A DNA stretch of 58,846 nucleotides from Chloroflexota bacterium. Its GTDB lineage: Bacteria; Chloroflexota; Anaerolineae; Anaerolineales; Anaerolineaceae. The position numbers and the translations under genes were made by a program. The notes beneath the pieces were generated by a model, which ran no database searches, was not told where the DNA came from, and saw only the letters and a list, made by a program, of their open reading frames with translations. Positions 1 through 8,421 of the stretch are shown here, one piece after another; position 1 is the stretch's first letter, and each line of letters begins with the position of its first letter. The stretch covers positions 1 to 58,846 of the forward strand of contig JAYELT010000178.1 in NCBI GenBank assembly GCA_034717715.1, given 5' to 3'.

Positions 1-98
1 CTTTGACACCCGACAGTCTTGTTAGTTGCCACCAGCCTAAGTGTGCATGATTTTCAAGGTCAATACACTGAAGAAGTAAGCTTAAATACTCAAAAGAC

Positions 99-251
99 TG
101 TTATGGACCTCAAAATTTAGACACAAAAAGGGCATGAAATAAGGTGTAAACTAAAGCGATGAAAAGACGTGAACGGTACACTGCGAAACAAAAAGCCATA
201 ATCGCGCTGGAGTTCATGCGAGAAGAAAAGAATGTTTTTCCCGACATATGA
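99..251 (+). mobile_element. IS3-family remnant: left end plus truncated orfA
   Basis: TG-initial end (TGTTATGGACCTCAAAATTTAGACAC) followed at 159 by MKRRERYTAKQKAIIALEFMREEKNV, typical of an IS3 OrfA HTH N-terminus; stops after 30 aa. Confidence 0.7.
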
Positions 252-381
252 ATAGGGTGGCAAGCCCTATAACAGGTCATGATATCTGGTTGCGTTATAC
301 TCCCCCATCCAAGTTTCGGTGATTTCGCGTGCTTCGGCTAATGAACTAAACAAATATGCATCCAATATGTCTTCTCTGTAC
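245..381 (-). mobile_element. IS3-family transposase orfB C-terminal fragment (pseudogene)
   Basis: Manual minus-strand translation [44 protein letters not shown] resembles the IS3 integrase-core C-terminus (W..EYN..RPH..L..P). Confidence 0.75.
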
Positions 382-399
382 ACAACCGAAACTACCTTC

Positions 400-444
400 G
401 AATTCGAACCACGATAACCTGGTAGGTCCAGCACATTGTCAGGC
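400..444 (-). other. Possible degenerate left half of an attC site
   Basis: GCCTGACAATGTGCTGGACC lies just downstream of the methyltransferase stop and resembles RYYYAAC-N5-L'' with one mismatch; the right half is not recognisable and an IS3 fragment follows. Confidence 0.3.
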
Positions 445-469
445 GCAGTTCAGTTGATTTTAATGCATA

Positions 470-1273
470 TTATTTCTTTTCCATATCAAAATGGAAATAT
501 GATTTTAGGTTAGTCTTGGAGTTGATATTGAAGTATTCGCCAAACCTAGCAAGAGCCTCCACCTCATCATAAAAAGGCGCCGTGAAAGAGCCGCCTTTCG
601 CCAACCTGTTCTGAACATAAAAATCCGTGAATCTTCTCTTCCCGCATATGTAGAAACAGCCTACGAATTGCCCCTTGCTTTTCAGTACTCTACGTATCTC
701 TCTAAGCGCAATGTCCTTCTCAGAAAAAGCGTGAAAACCATTCATGGATAAGCACAGGTCGACTTTTGCGTCGTCTATAGGCAAATTCCCCACATCTCCT
801 CTGACTAAGGTCACATTCTTTATGCCGTTCTTCGCGTATAGTTGTTTCGCTCTCACTAGCATGCCTAGCGAATAGTCAACTGCAATTATTCTCGCGCCTT
901 GCAATTTCCGATATTTCTCAAGCGTCAGTATCCCGGTTCCTACAGGAACATCTAATAGTATTCCATCAAAGTCTTCTGGTATGAACGGCAATATTTCTTG
1001 CGCAAACTCGTACTGGCTTGCAACTCCCCAAAAAACCAGATTGAGCAACTTTGTGAATATATTTGAAGAGGTTACGTAATTGCTGTAAAAGGAAGCTCTA
1101 GAATCGTATGCTTTTGATATGTCATCATCAACGCCGGGCAAGAAATCAATTATGCCGTTTTTTATTGGATAAGATATATCCGTTTTCTTGACCTTTACCT
1201 CAGAATTTGCAAAATCGAAAGAAATCCTATTTCTCGTCTTTGGGCAAATAAGAATGTCTTCTATGCATTCCAT
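470..1273 (-). CDS. Class I SAM-dependent methyltransferase with Trm112-like N-terminal module; probable integron cassette gene
   Basis: LLDVPVGTG motif I, AVDYSLGML, VRGDVGNLP, EIRRVLKSKG; N-terminal LICPKT...YPIKNGIIDF; start reassigned to ATG 1273 behind a GGGAG RBS. Confidence 0.85.
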   Translation of the reverse strand: MECIEDILICPKTRNRISFDFANSEVKVKKTDISYPIKNGIIDFLPGVDDDISKAYDSRASFYSNYVTSSNIFTKLLNLVFWGVASQYEFAQEILPFIPEDFDGILLDVPVGTGILTLEKYRKLQGARIIAVDYSLGMLVRAKQLYAKNGIKNVTLVRGDVGNLPIDDAKVDLCLSMNGFHAFSEKDIALREIRRVLKSKGQFVGCFYICGKRRFTDFYVQNRLAKGGSFTAPFYDEVEALARFGEYFNINSKTNLKSYFHFDMEKK

Positions 1274-1310
1274 CGTTTGTACTCCCTGCTTCGACTGGAG
1301 CTGCGCGTCG

Positions 1311-1350
1311 GTCCCAACTAATACTTCTACAGAACTTCTCTGCATAAGTA
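1311..1350 (-). other. Putative attI site / attI-cassette junction
   Basis: Minus strand ...AGAAGTTCTGTAGAAGTATTA-GTTGGGAC lies between the divergent intI and the methyltransferase; core is near GTTRRRY. Confidence 0.4.
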
Positions 1351-1514
1351 GTCTCAGTAGGTGACAATAAAGAATATATCTGTAGAAGCACCCCTGATTT
1401 GCATACTCCAGAGTTTTTCTGGATAATGTCTCCTGCCAGGATTGTTTGTAGAACCCATTGATACTGTATCACAGACTCCTTCCTTGAGCAAATTCAGATT
1501 TCCGGAGATTCGCA

Positions 1515-2060
1515 ATGACACAACAACCCAAGAAGCTGCTCGACGAAGTGTGCGATGCAATTCGGCTCAAGCACTATGCTTACAGCACCGAGAAAACCTA
1601 TGTCTACTGGACCAAGCGCTTTGTCCTCTATCACAACAAACGCCATCTGCTGAAAATAGGTGAGAAGGAAATTAGCGAGTTTCTCACCCACCTAGCCATA
1701 GAGAAAAGCGTGGCGGCTTCGACACAAAACCAGGCTCTTAGTGTGTTGCTGTTCCTATACCACGAGGTACTGCGCAAGGATCTGGATCTGCCCCTCGAAT
1801 TGGTGTGGACCTAGAGACTCAAACGCTTGCCCACGATCCTGACCAAAGAAGAAGTCCAGCAAGTGATTGCCCAACTCAAAGGCGTTCATCGCCTGATCGT
1901 ACAGCTCCTCTATGGCAGTGGTTTGCGTTTGATAGAGTGCATGAGGCTGCAGGTCATGGACCTGGACTTTGGCCAGCGCCAGATTCTGGTGCGAGATGCC
2001 AAGGGGGGAAAAGACCGGGTCACCATCTTACCCAACAGCCTCGTCAAGTCGCTGCGCGTC
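1515..2060 (+). pseudogene. intI: Integron integrase (IntI-like tyrosine recombinase), nonsense-interrupted and 3'-truncated
   Basis: [70 protein letters not shown]; in-frame TAG at 1812-1814; C-terminal catalytic half replaced by an IS3 fragment. Confidence 0.85.
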
Positions 2061-2061
2061 A

Positions 2062-2255
2062 AGTTGCTCACCTGGTTGGAGTAAACCTGATAATGGCTGG
2101 CTATTTCGTTGATCGTCGCTTGCCCTTTGATGGCCTTCAGAGCCTCTTTAAAAGTGAATTGATAACTGTATGCATTGCGTTTTCTTGTCATGCCAGCCTC
2201 CACAAGCTTCTAATATTTTACCTAAGCTTGTGGTCTGGTTTTTGGGAGCTTGACA
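2062..2255 (-). mobile_element. IS3-family remnant (left end plus truncated orfA) abutting the truncated intI
   Basis: TGTCAAGCTCCCAAAAACCAGACCAC end at 2255; ATG 2191 [42 protein letters not shown] is a typical OrfA HTH. Confidence 0.75.
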
Positions 2256-2345
2256 AAGCCAGGAGATGATGTATGCCAAGTATACAGTCAAAATATTCAG
2301 AGTATTTAATAAATTTTAAACCTCGATGTGAAAAATGCATTTCCG

Positions 2346-3080
2346 TCAATAGATATTAGGTATCAGTTTGTACTTCACCTGAGATTGATAGTCTTCGTAC
2401 CCTTCCATCCCCTTCAGCAGCATTTCTTCTTCAAATTCAATCCGAATAACCAGCATCAGTGCACTCAATAGTGCTGGAATCAACCCCTATAAGGAGCCTA
2501 ATGCAATGGGTATGAAAAAGCCCATGACAATCGCACCAGAATACAAGGGGTGACGCACATGTGAATACAACCCAGTATCCACAAGCATCTGACCTTCGTT
2601 AATGTCCAGTATTTTTGAAGCATAAGAATTTTGCAAGGTAGCGATATTTATGATTGCCACTCCTATATTCATGATGATCACACCAACCATGGCAATCGGG
2701 AAAGGCAATGCATACCAATTATAGCGGTGCCCCAGTGCAGGCAGGATCATTGCTCCAAAAAAGCCAATTGCCATGAGAGGATAAACGAAGCGGTCTGAAG
2801 AGGCGGCCTGCCGTGTATCTTCGGTTAAACCGGTCTTTTTTAGCTTGCTGCGGTTGCGCAACACCCGTGGATTTTTCTTGTTTATGATCATGTAGCTGAC
2901 AGTGATATTGATGGAGATGGTGATCACGAATATCCAGCCAGTTATCCACCGCCAATCACGAGCAAATGGGAACACCATCACCGACAGCAACAATACGATC
3001 CATATCGGAATAAACAGCATTATCCACAAAGGTAAAGGCTGATCCAGCTTATTCACCTTAAATGGTTCTTCTACAATCAT
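2346..3080 (-). pseudogene. Isoprenylcysteine carboxyl methyltransferase/PEMT-family membrane protein with in-frame amber stop
   Basis: LVDTGLYSHVRHPLYSG motif; after TAG (2487-2489) the frame continues GLIPALL...RIEFEEEMLLKGMEGYEDYQSQVKYKLIPNIY to TGA at 2346. Confidence 0.8.
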
Positions 3081-3251
3081 TCACTCCTTGAACAAGCCTA
3101 TTGTTTTTAGTTTCTTGCTTAGGATTAATTTTGTCCTGGAATCAAATACCAAGTGCAACAATGATAAATAAAATATATCATAGGATGTATAAGTGATAGA
3201 TACTTCCTGGATTTGTGATTCAAACAAAGATCTATACAGATTACGTTGTAA

Positions 3252-4415
3252 CTATTCCCATTTGGATGAATACTGAACAACTTTGTTTTTAAATTTCTGA
3301 CAATTGGCGACAAGATCGGGGCCAATACTGAAGAGTCCTCCGCTGATCAAAAGGATGACATCATTTCCATACAAATCAAGCATTTCTTCAACCCGATCTA
3401 TCGTCATGCCACCGCCTGGCATCAGCAGGATAGGCTTGATATGCTTGCCCATTGGTCGAGCTGCTCCAACAGCCAAATTCTGACAATCTTTCCGAGTGGT
3501 AGGGAAGCGACCCCCAATGCTGGTGAAAATGGCAGCATCTGCGCCGGCTAACCTCACTAACTGGCCAAAGAGAAACTCATGAGATATCCCCTCCCTCGGA
3601 TTAATGAAATATGTGCCAACCAAAGCCGGGTGGTTGAAGATCGGCAAACCAATACGGTCATCTTCCGCCAACACACGAAGAAAATCATAGCCCACAATAC
3701 CGGAATACAGCTCCACCCCCCCTGCGCCAGCATCCTTTGCAAACATTGCTCTCTCTACCACCTGATCAACCGGTCCGCTGATGTTAGGAACATATAATGT
3801 CTTGCCCCCAGTTTTTTTGTTCGCCCTATTGACAGCTGCCGCACATTGGCGAGTTCGCTCTTGAAAAGTGGCAAACGGTTGGTTAATGAGACCATGATCA
3901 TCCTTTATGATATCAATTCCGCCCAACGCGTATGAGTAAGCTGACTCTGCCAGCAATCCGGGCGAATAGCCAACAGGCTTAAGAGCAGTACCCAACAATG
4001 GTCTACTTGGCACCTCCAGAAGTTTGCGAAGCCCTTTTGTGCCAAAACGTGGGCCGGGGAAATGTGCCAGCAGCGAATCCGGGAATACAGCACGCTGAAC
4101 GCGTACACCGCGCTTCATGCTAGTATTCCCAAAAATAACACTTAACAAGCCAGCTAGTTCAAATCCTGTGATCTCGACTGCGTAGCTGATTTTAAATTCG
4201 TACAGATCCGCTTCAACTTGTTGGTAGTTCTCAATTTGGCCTACGATATGATCACGCAAATCACCATCTGGCACCATTGAATCAGACAACTCAACAGTCT
4301 GTTCTAAACAAACATCCTGAGCCTTTTTGATCGCTAATGCTTCCCCACCACTGATCAAATATGAGATTTGAAATCGTTCTCCAGAGATTTCCAAGGTGAC
4401 AGGCGAAAAGGTCAT
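3252..4415 (-). CDS. RuBisCO-like protein (form IV RLP, KDDH type)
   Basis: CLEQT, GNTS, PGPRFG, TALKPVG, GGIDIIKDDHG, NHPA, GGRF, PGGGM, ISGG; lacks the K177/E204/R295/K334 equivalents needed for carboxylation. Confidence 0.92.
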   Translation of the reverse strand: MTFSPVTLEISGERFQISYLISGGEALAIKKAQDVCLEQTVELSDSMVPDGDLRDHIVGQIENYQQVEADLYEFKISYAVEITGFELAGLLSVIFGNTSMKRGVRVQRAVFPDSLLAHFPGPRFGTKGLRKLLEVPSRPLLGTALKPVGYSPGLLAESAYSYALGGIDIIKDDHGLINQPFATFQERTRQCAAAVNRANKKTGGKTLYVPNISGPVDQVVERAMFAKDAGAGGVELYSGIVGYDFLRVLAEDDRIGLPIFNHPALVGTYFINPREGISHEFLFGQLVRLAGADAAIFTSIGGRFPTTRKDCQNLAVGAARPMGKHIKPILLMPGGGMTIDRVEEMLDLYGNDVILLISGGLFSIGPDLVANCQKFKNKVVQYSSKWE

Positions 4416-4459
4416 TATCTTGTTTTCCTTTTGTTTGTATGGCCAATAATTAAAATTGC

Positions 4460-5527
4460 CTACAAATTTAATATACCATTTTCCAATACCGGCTTATTAT
4501 CAATATAAACTGCACCTTCAGTTCGTAGATCTTTGACAATGTCCCAGTGAATGGCAGATTCGTTCTTGCCACCACATTCCTTATAAGCCCGCCCTAAAGC
4601 AATATGTATTGTTCCACCAATTTTCTCGTCATTCAAGATGTCTTTACAAAAACGGGTGACATGTGGATTGGTTCCAATCGCAAATTCTCCAATCAAACCA
4701 GATCCAGCATCCGAAGCAACAATACCATCGAGAAAATCCTGATTTGTTGAGGCTGTTGCTTTTACAAGCTTTCCCTTTTCCCACACAAGGCATAAATCAT
4801 ACATTAGGCGCCCACCTAGGACACCCGGGAACTCAAAATAGATTTGCCCATCAATTGTGCTGGTTACTGGCGCTGTGAAGATCTCGCCATCAGGCATATT
4901 CATCTTTCCATCAAATGCCAACCATTTTCGCCCTTTTACAGAGAAACTCAAATCAGTATCCCTACCTACAATCCGAACCTCAGAACTGCTTGCCAGATCA
5001 TCAGCCATGCGCTGCCATTCTTTCGATTTTTCTTCCCAATCCAGTAAGCATGCATCAAAGAACATTTCTGTAATGGTTTCCAAGTCAGTCTCTGCTTGCT
5101 GAGCATAGGAACTATTTGGAACACGCACTAAACACCAACGCGTCTTTTCCCAGCGCATCGTCGATACCTTACCCATGGCACGCTGATTCAATGAGAGAGC
5201 TTCTGCTGGAACATCTGCGTTCTCGTACAGATTATGAGCACCCCTCAATCCGATGTATACATCGCCCCATTCCATCCCATAAGCTTCAATTTCAGGAATC
5301 CAGCTCAACTGGTCTTTATTTCCATATTTCAAAACTGAGTGTCGTAATGTTTCCGAGAGAAATTGCACCTGTGGGTAAGCCCCTGCTTTGATAGCCGCTT
5401 CATAAACACCTTGAACCAATGGGAAAGTCTCAGGTTCAGTCATTGCAATCATGACCCGCTCGCCAGTCTTTACATTTGTAGAATAGTTAATAAGAATTTC
5501 ACCCAACTGTTTCCAACGTTTATCCAT
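4460..5527 (-). CDS. M29-family (AmpT/AmpS-like) metallo-aminopeptidase
   Basis: NMPDGEIFTAP, IGEFAIGTN, DEKIGGTIHIALGRAY, NESAIHWDIV. Confidence 0.85.
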   Translation of the reverse strand: MDKRWKQLGEILINYSTNVKTGERVMIAMTEPETFPLVQGVYEAAIKAGAYPQVQFLSETLRHSVLKYGNKDQLSWIPEIEAYGMEWGDVYIGLRGAHNLYENADVPAEALSLNQRAMGKVSTMRWEKTRWCLVRVPNSSYAQQAETDLETITEMFFDACLLDWEEKSKEWQRMADDLASSSEVRIVGRDTDLSFSVKGRKWLAFDGKMNMPDGEIFTAPVTSTIDGQIYFEFPGVLGGRLMYDLCLVWEKGKLVKATASTNQDFLDGIVASDAGSGLIGEFAIGTNPHVTRFCKDILNDEKIGGTIHIALGRAYKECGGKNESAIHWDIVKDLRTEGAVYIDNKPVLENGILNL

Positions 5528-5616
5528 TACTTCAGCTCCTTATAGCACCAAAATTGGTGTTCTTATAATATAAAATGTTATCTGTTTTGTAACTGGTATA
5601 AAATCTTGACGCGATT

Positions 5617-6252
5617 TCAACCTTTAATAATTGCTTTTAAAATGATCACAAGGGCAGCACAACCAGGATCCACAAGACCTCTAGTGCGCTCGCCCAGCCA
5701 GCTTGCCCTACCAATTCGGCTTTGCAAAGGGATCACTGCAGCTAAGCCTGCTTCAGCTGCAGATACCATCTTCTCTCCTGCAGTGGGCAAATCATCACCT
5801 TCAGCGCATGCTGTCTCAAAAGCTTCAGCTGCTGGTCCTAAAGCATCAAGAATTGTTTTATCACCGAGTTTTGCCTTTCCTCTATCCATCATGCCCTGAA
5901 AGGCAGCATTCAGCATTTTCACAAGTGCAGGGCCGTCTATTTCCTCACAGCCCTTTACTTCTTTACCTGCCTGCATCAAGGCTGTTGCCAACAAAGTCCC
6001 CATCGTTGAAGAAGCTGCGCTGTTTACTTTCATTCCGGCTTTCATAAAATACTTACCCAATTCATCAGATGGTTCATCTGTTGCGTAAGTGATAAGCGCT
6101 TCTCCGGCTTTGCTTGTTGTGATCCCCAGATCCCCATCACCCATTGCTTGATCAAGACTTGTCAAGTACTCCCTCTGACTTATTAATGCAGTGCCCACTC
6201 GAATCATGGCCGTGGCGATATCAATACCCACAAATTTTGTCGAATTACACAT
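5617..6252 (-). CDS. dhaL: Dihydroxyacetone kinase ADP-binding subunit L (DAK2)
   Basis: LTSLDQAMGDGDLG, GKAKLGDKTILDAL, GRASWLGERTRGLVDPG. Confidence 0.9.
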   Translation of the reverse strand: MCNSTKFVGIDIATAMIRVGTALISQREYLTSLDQAMGDGDLGITTSKAGEALITYATDEPSDELGKYFMKAGMKVNSAASSTMGTLLATALMQAGKEVKGCEEIDGPALVKMLNAAFQGMMDRGKAKLGDKTILDALGPAAEAFETACAEGDDLPTAGEKMVSAAEAGLAAVIPLQSRIGRASWLGERTRGLVDPGCAALVIILKAIIKG

Positions 6253-6263
6253 TATTGCACCGG

Positions 6264-7262
6264 TTAGAGTTGTGTAAAGAAAGGTGTTTGCGCTGGAGCA
6301 TCAAGCAGTTCGGTTAACTCTTGATCCAGCTTAAAGAAAGTAAGTGATGCGCCTGCCATTTCCATAGACGTAGCATATTCACCTATATAAGGCCGGTAGA
6401 TTTCAATTCCTTTTTCAGTCAGAATTTCATGTACTTTACCGAACATAATATATAATTCTTCAAGTGGAGTTGCTCCCAAGCCATTAACCATAACAGCCAG
6501 CTGATCACCAGGAGAGGGCTTCAAGTCATCAAGAATTGCATGGGTCATTCTCTCAGTTATCTGATCAGCAGTTTGCATTTCTTCCCGTTTCATCCCCCGT
6601 TCACCATGAATCCCCATTCCAATTTCCATCTCCTTCTCGCCGATGGTAAATGTCGGTTTACCCACAACAGGAACAGTGCATGATGATAATGCTACGCCCA
6701 TCGTCCGGATATTTGCCAGTGCTTTTTCTGTAACAGCCACAACCTCATCAATTGAAGCTCCCTGATCTGCTTTTGCTCCAGCAATTTTAAAAGCAAAAAC
6801 CATGCCTGCGACACCGCGCCTTCGTGCTGCTTCTTCCGGGGGAGCAGATGCCACATCATCTTTTACAAGCACCGTGCGGACGTGAATATCATCCATATCT
6901 GCCATTTCAGCGGCCATGTCAAAATTCATCACATCGCCACCGTAGTTCCCATAAATGTAAACAACACCTTTACCGCTGTCGATTTTTTTCGTGATCATAA
7001 GCATTTGTTCAGCAGAAGGGGATTGAAACACATCACCAACTGCACAACCATCCAGCATACCCTTACCAACATAGCCAAGAAAAACCGGTAAATGGCCAGA
7101 TCCACCGCCAGTTGCTAAGCCGACTTTCCCATCTATGGGAGAATCTGTGCGTACAACAGAATGAATATCCTCCTCATAAGATAGCTGATCAGGGTGTGCT
7201 TTAAACAAAGCATCAAGCAATTCGGGGACAAATTGTTCAGGTTGATTAATGATTTTTTTCAT
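6264..7262 (-). CDS. dhaK: Dihydroxyacetone kinase substrate-binding subunit K (DAK1)
   Basis: MKKIINQP, GGGSGHLP, NYGGDVMNF, RRGVAG, EIGMGIHGE, VNGLGATPLEELY. Confidence 0.92.
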   Translation of the reverse strand: MKKIINQPEQFVPELLDALFKAHPDQLSYEEDIHSVVRTDSPIDGKVGLATGGGSGHLPVFLGYVGKGMLDGCAVGDVFQSPSAEQMLMITKKIDSGKGVVYIYGNYGGDVMNFDMAAEMADMDDIHVRTVLVKDDVASAPPEEAARRRGVAGMVFAFKIAGAKADQGASIDEVVAVTEKALANIRTMGVALSSCTVPVVGKPTFTIGEKEMEIGMGIHGERGMKREEMQTADQITERMTHAILDDLKPSPGDQLAVMVNGLGATPLEELYIMFGKVHEILTEKGIEIYRPYIGEYATSMEMAGASLTFFKLDQELTELLDAPAQTPFFTQL

Positions 7263-7413
7263 CGAAAGCTCCTAATGTTGATTAATAATTTTGACTCTCT
7301 TTAGTTGTAATTATTTAATTCCAGGTAAATTCCTCGTAAAAAACATGAATTGAATACGTTGCCCAAATACGGCCAGGTATTGTTCTTGTCAGAAGATAGT
7401 TTATCTTCGCGAA

Positions 7414-8220
7414 TTATCCTCGGAACGCTTTGACCTTATCCATGAAAGCGCGAACCCGATTCACATCGACTTCGTTCCAGATGTAGCCATCACGCTTAAA
7501 TGTCGTACCGGTGATTGCACCATCAGCAATAGAAAGTTGTTCTTCGATATTGTTAAGACGAACACCCGTATTAGCAAACACAGGTGTGTCCGGTACGGCA
7601 TCTTTCACTAATCTTAATGTTTCAGATGATGTTTCAGCACCTGCTGTCAATCCTGAAACACAAAGGGCGTCAGGATGCGCATTAAACACCGTCGAACGAG
7701 CAGTATCTGCTATAGAACGTTCTGCTAAATAAGCTGCTGATTCAGGCACAATGTTGAAAAATAGCTTGACATCTTTGCCGTGAACTGCATGCTGGTGACG
7801 GATGACTCTTCCGGCATCTGTATTCCAAATGCCATAATCACTGGCATAAGCACCTGTAAATATTTCCCTGACAAATTGCGCGCCTGTTGCAACAGCCAGA
7901 TCAATGGATGCTTCAGGGTCCCAGAGAACATTTACCCCATAAGGAACTCTTATCTCATCGAAAAGTTCTGCAACGACACGCGCCATGGATATGGAGGTAA
8001 TTGCATCCACTTTTGTCAGGTAAGGCAAGCTGGCCTCATTCGAAAACATCACCGCATCAACGCCGCCTTCCTGCAATGCCCTGAGATCAGCACGTGCTTG
8101 CTCGACAATCCATACCATTCCTTTTTGAGGATCATATCCCGGGTCACCAGGCAGCGCGTGCAAATGGCACATAGCAATCACTGGTTTGTGTGTGCGAAAT
8201 AGTTCTTTTATCCAATCCAT
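7414..8220 (-). CDS. BtpA/SgcQ family TIM-barrel protein
   Basis: KPVIAMCHLHALPGDP, GGVDAVMFSNE, PYGVNVLWD, PVFANTGV, VDVNRVRAFM; start reassigned to MDWIKELF (8220). Confidence 0.88.
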   Translation of the reverse strand: MDWIKELFRTHKPVIAMCHLHALPGDPGYDPQKGMVWIVEQARADLRALQEGGVDAVMFSNEASLPYLTKVDAITSISMARVVAELFDEIRVPYGVNVLWDPEASIDLAVATGAQFVREIFTGAYASDYGIWNTDAGRVIRHQHAVHGKDVKLFFNIVPESAAYLAERSIADTARSTVFNAHPDALCVSGLTAGAETSSETLRLVKDAVPDTPVFANTGVRLNNIEEQLSIADGAITGTTFKRDGYIWNEVDVNRVRAFMDKVKAFRG

Positions 8221-8421
8221 CAATAATTTTCTCCGAATATCAAATCCTTCCTTTAATTCGAGTAAACACGTGCCCAATAACCTCACCCGGTCACAGGCAA
8301 ATCAAATGAATTGTTTAGAAGGTTTTATACCACTATCCATTCTTCTCAAAATTGGAAGTAGTGAAAGTGGAATTCATCACGATGCAAGGTGTGAACTTGC
8401 ATCACATTCCAAAAACAAAAA

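Noticed and set aside
266-300. TATAAC...GTTATA inverted repeat as an attC site
   Set aside because: Only ~32 bp, too short for attC, and it lies inside the IS3 orfB coding remnant
3252-4415. Bona fide CO2-fixing RuBisCO
   Set aside because: KDDH instead of KDDE, K177/R295/K334 equivalents missing, and no prk or small subunit nearby
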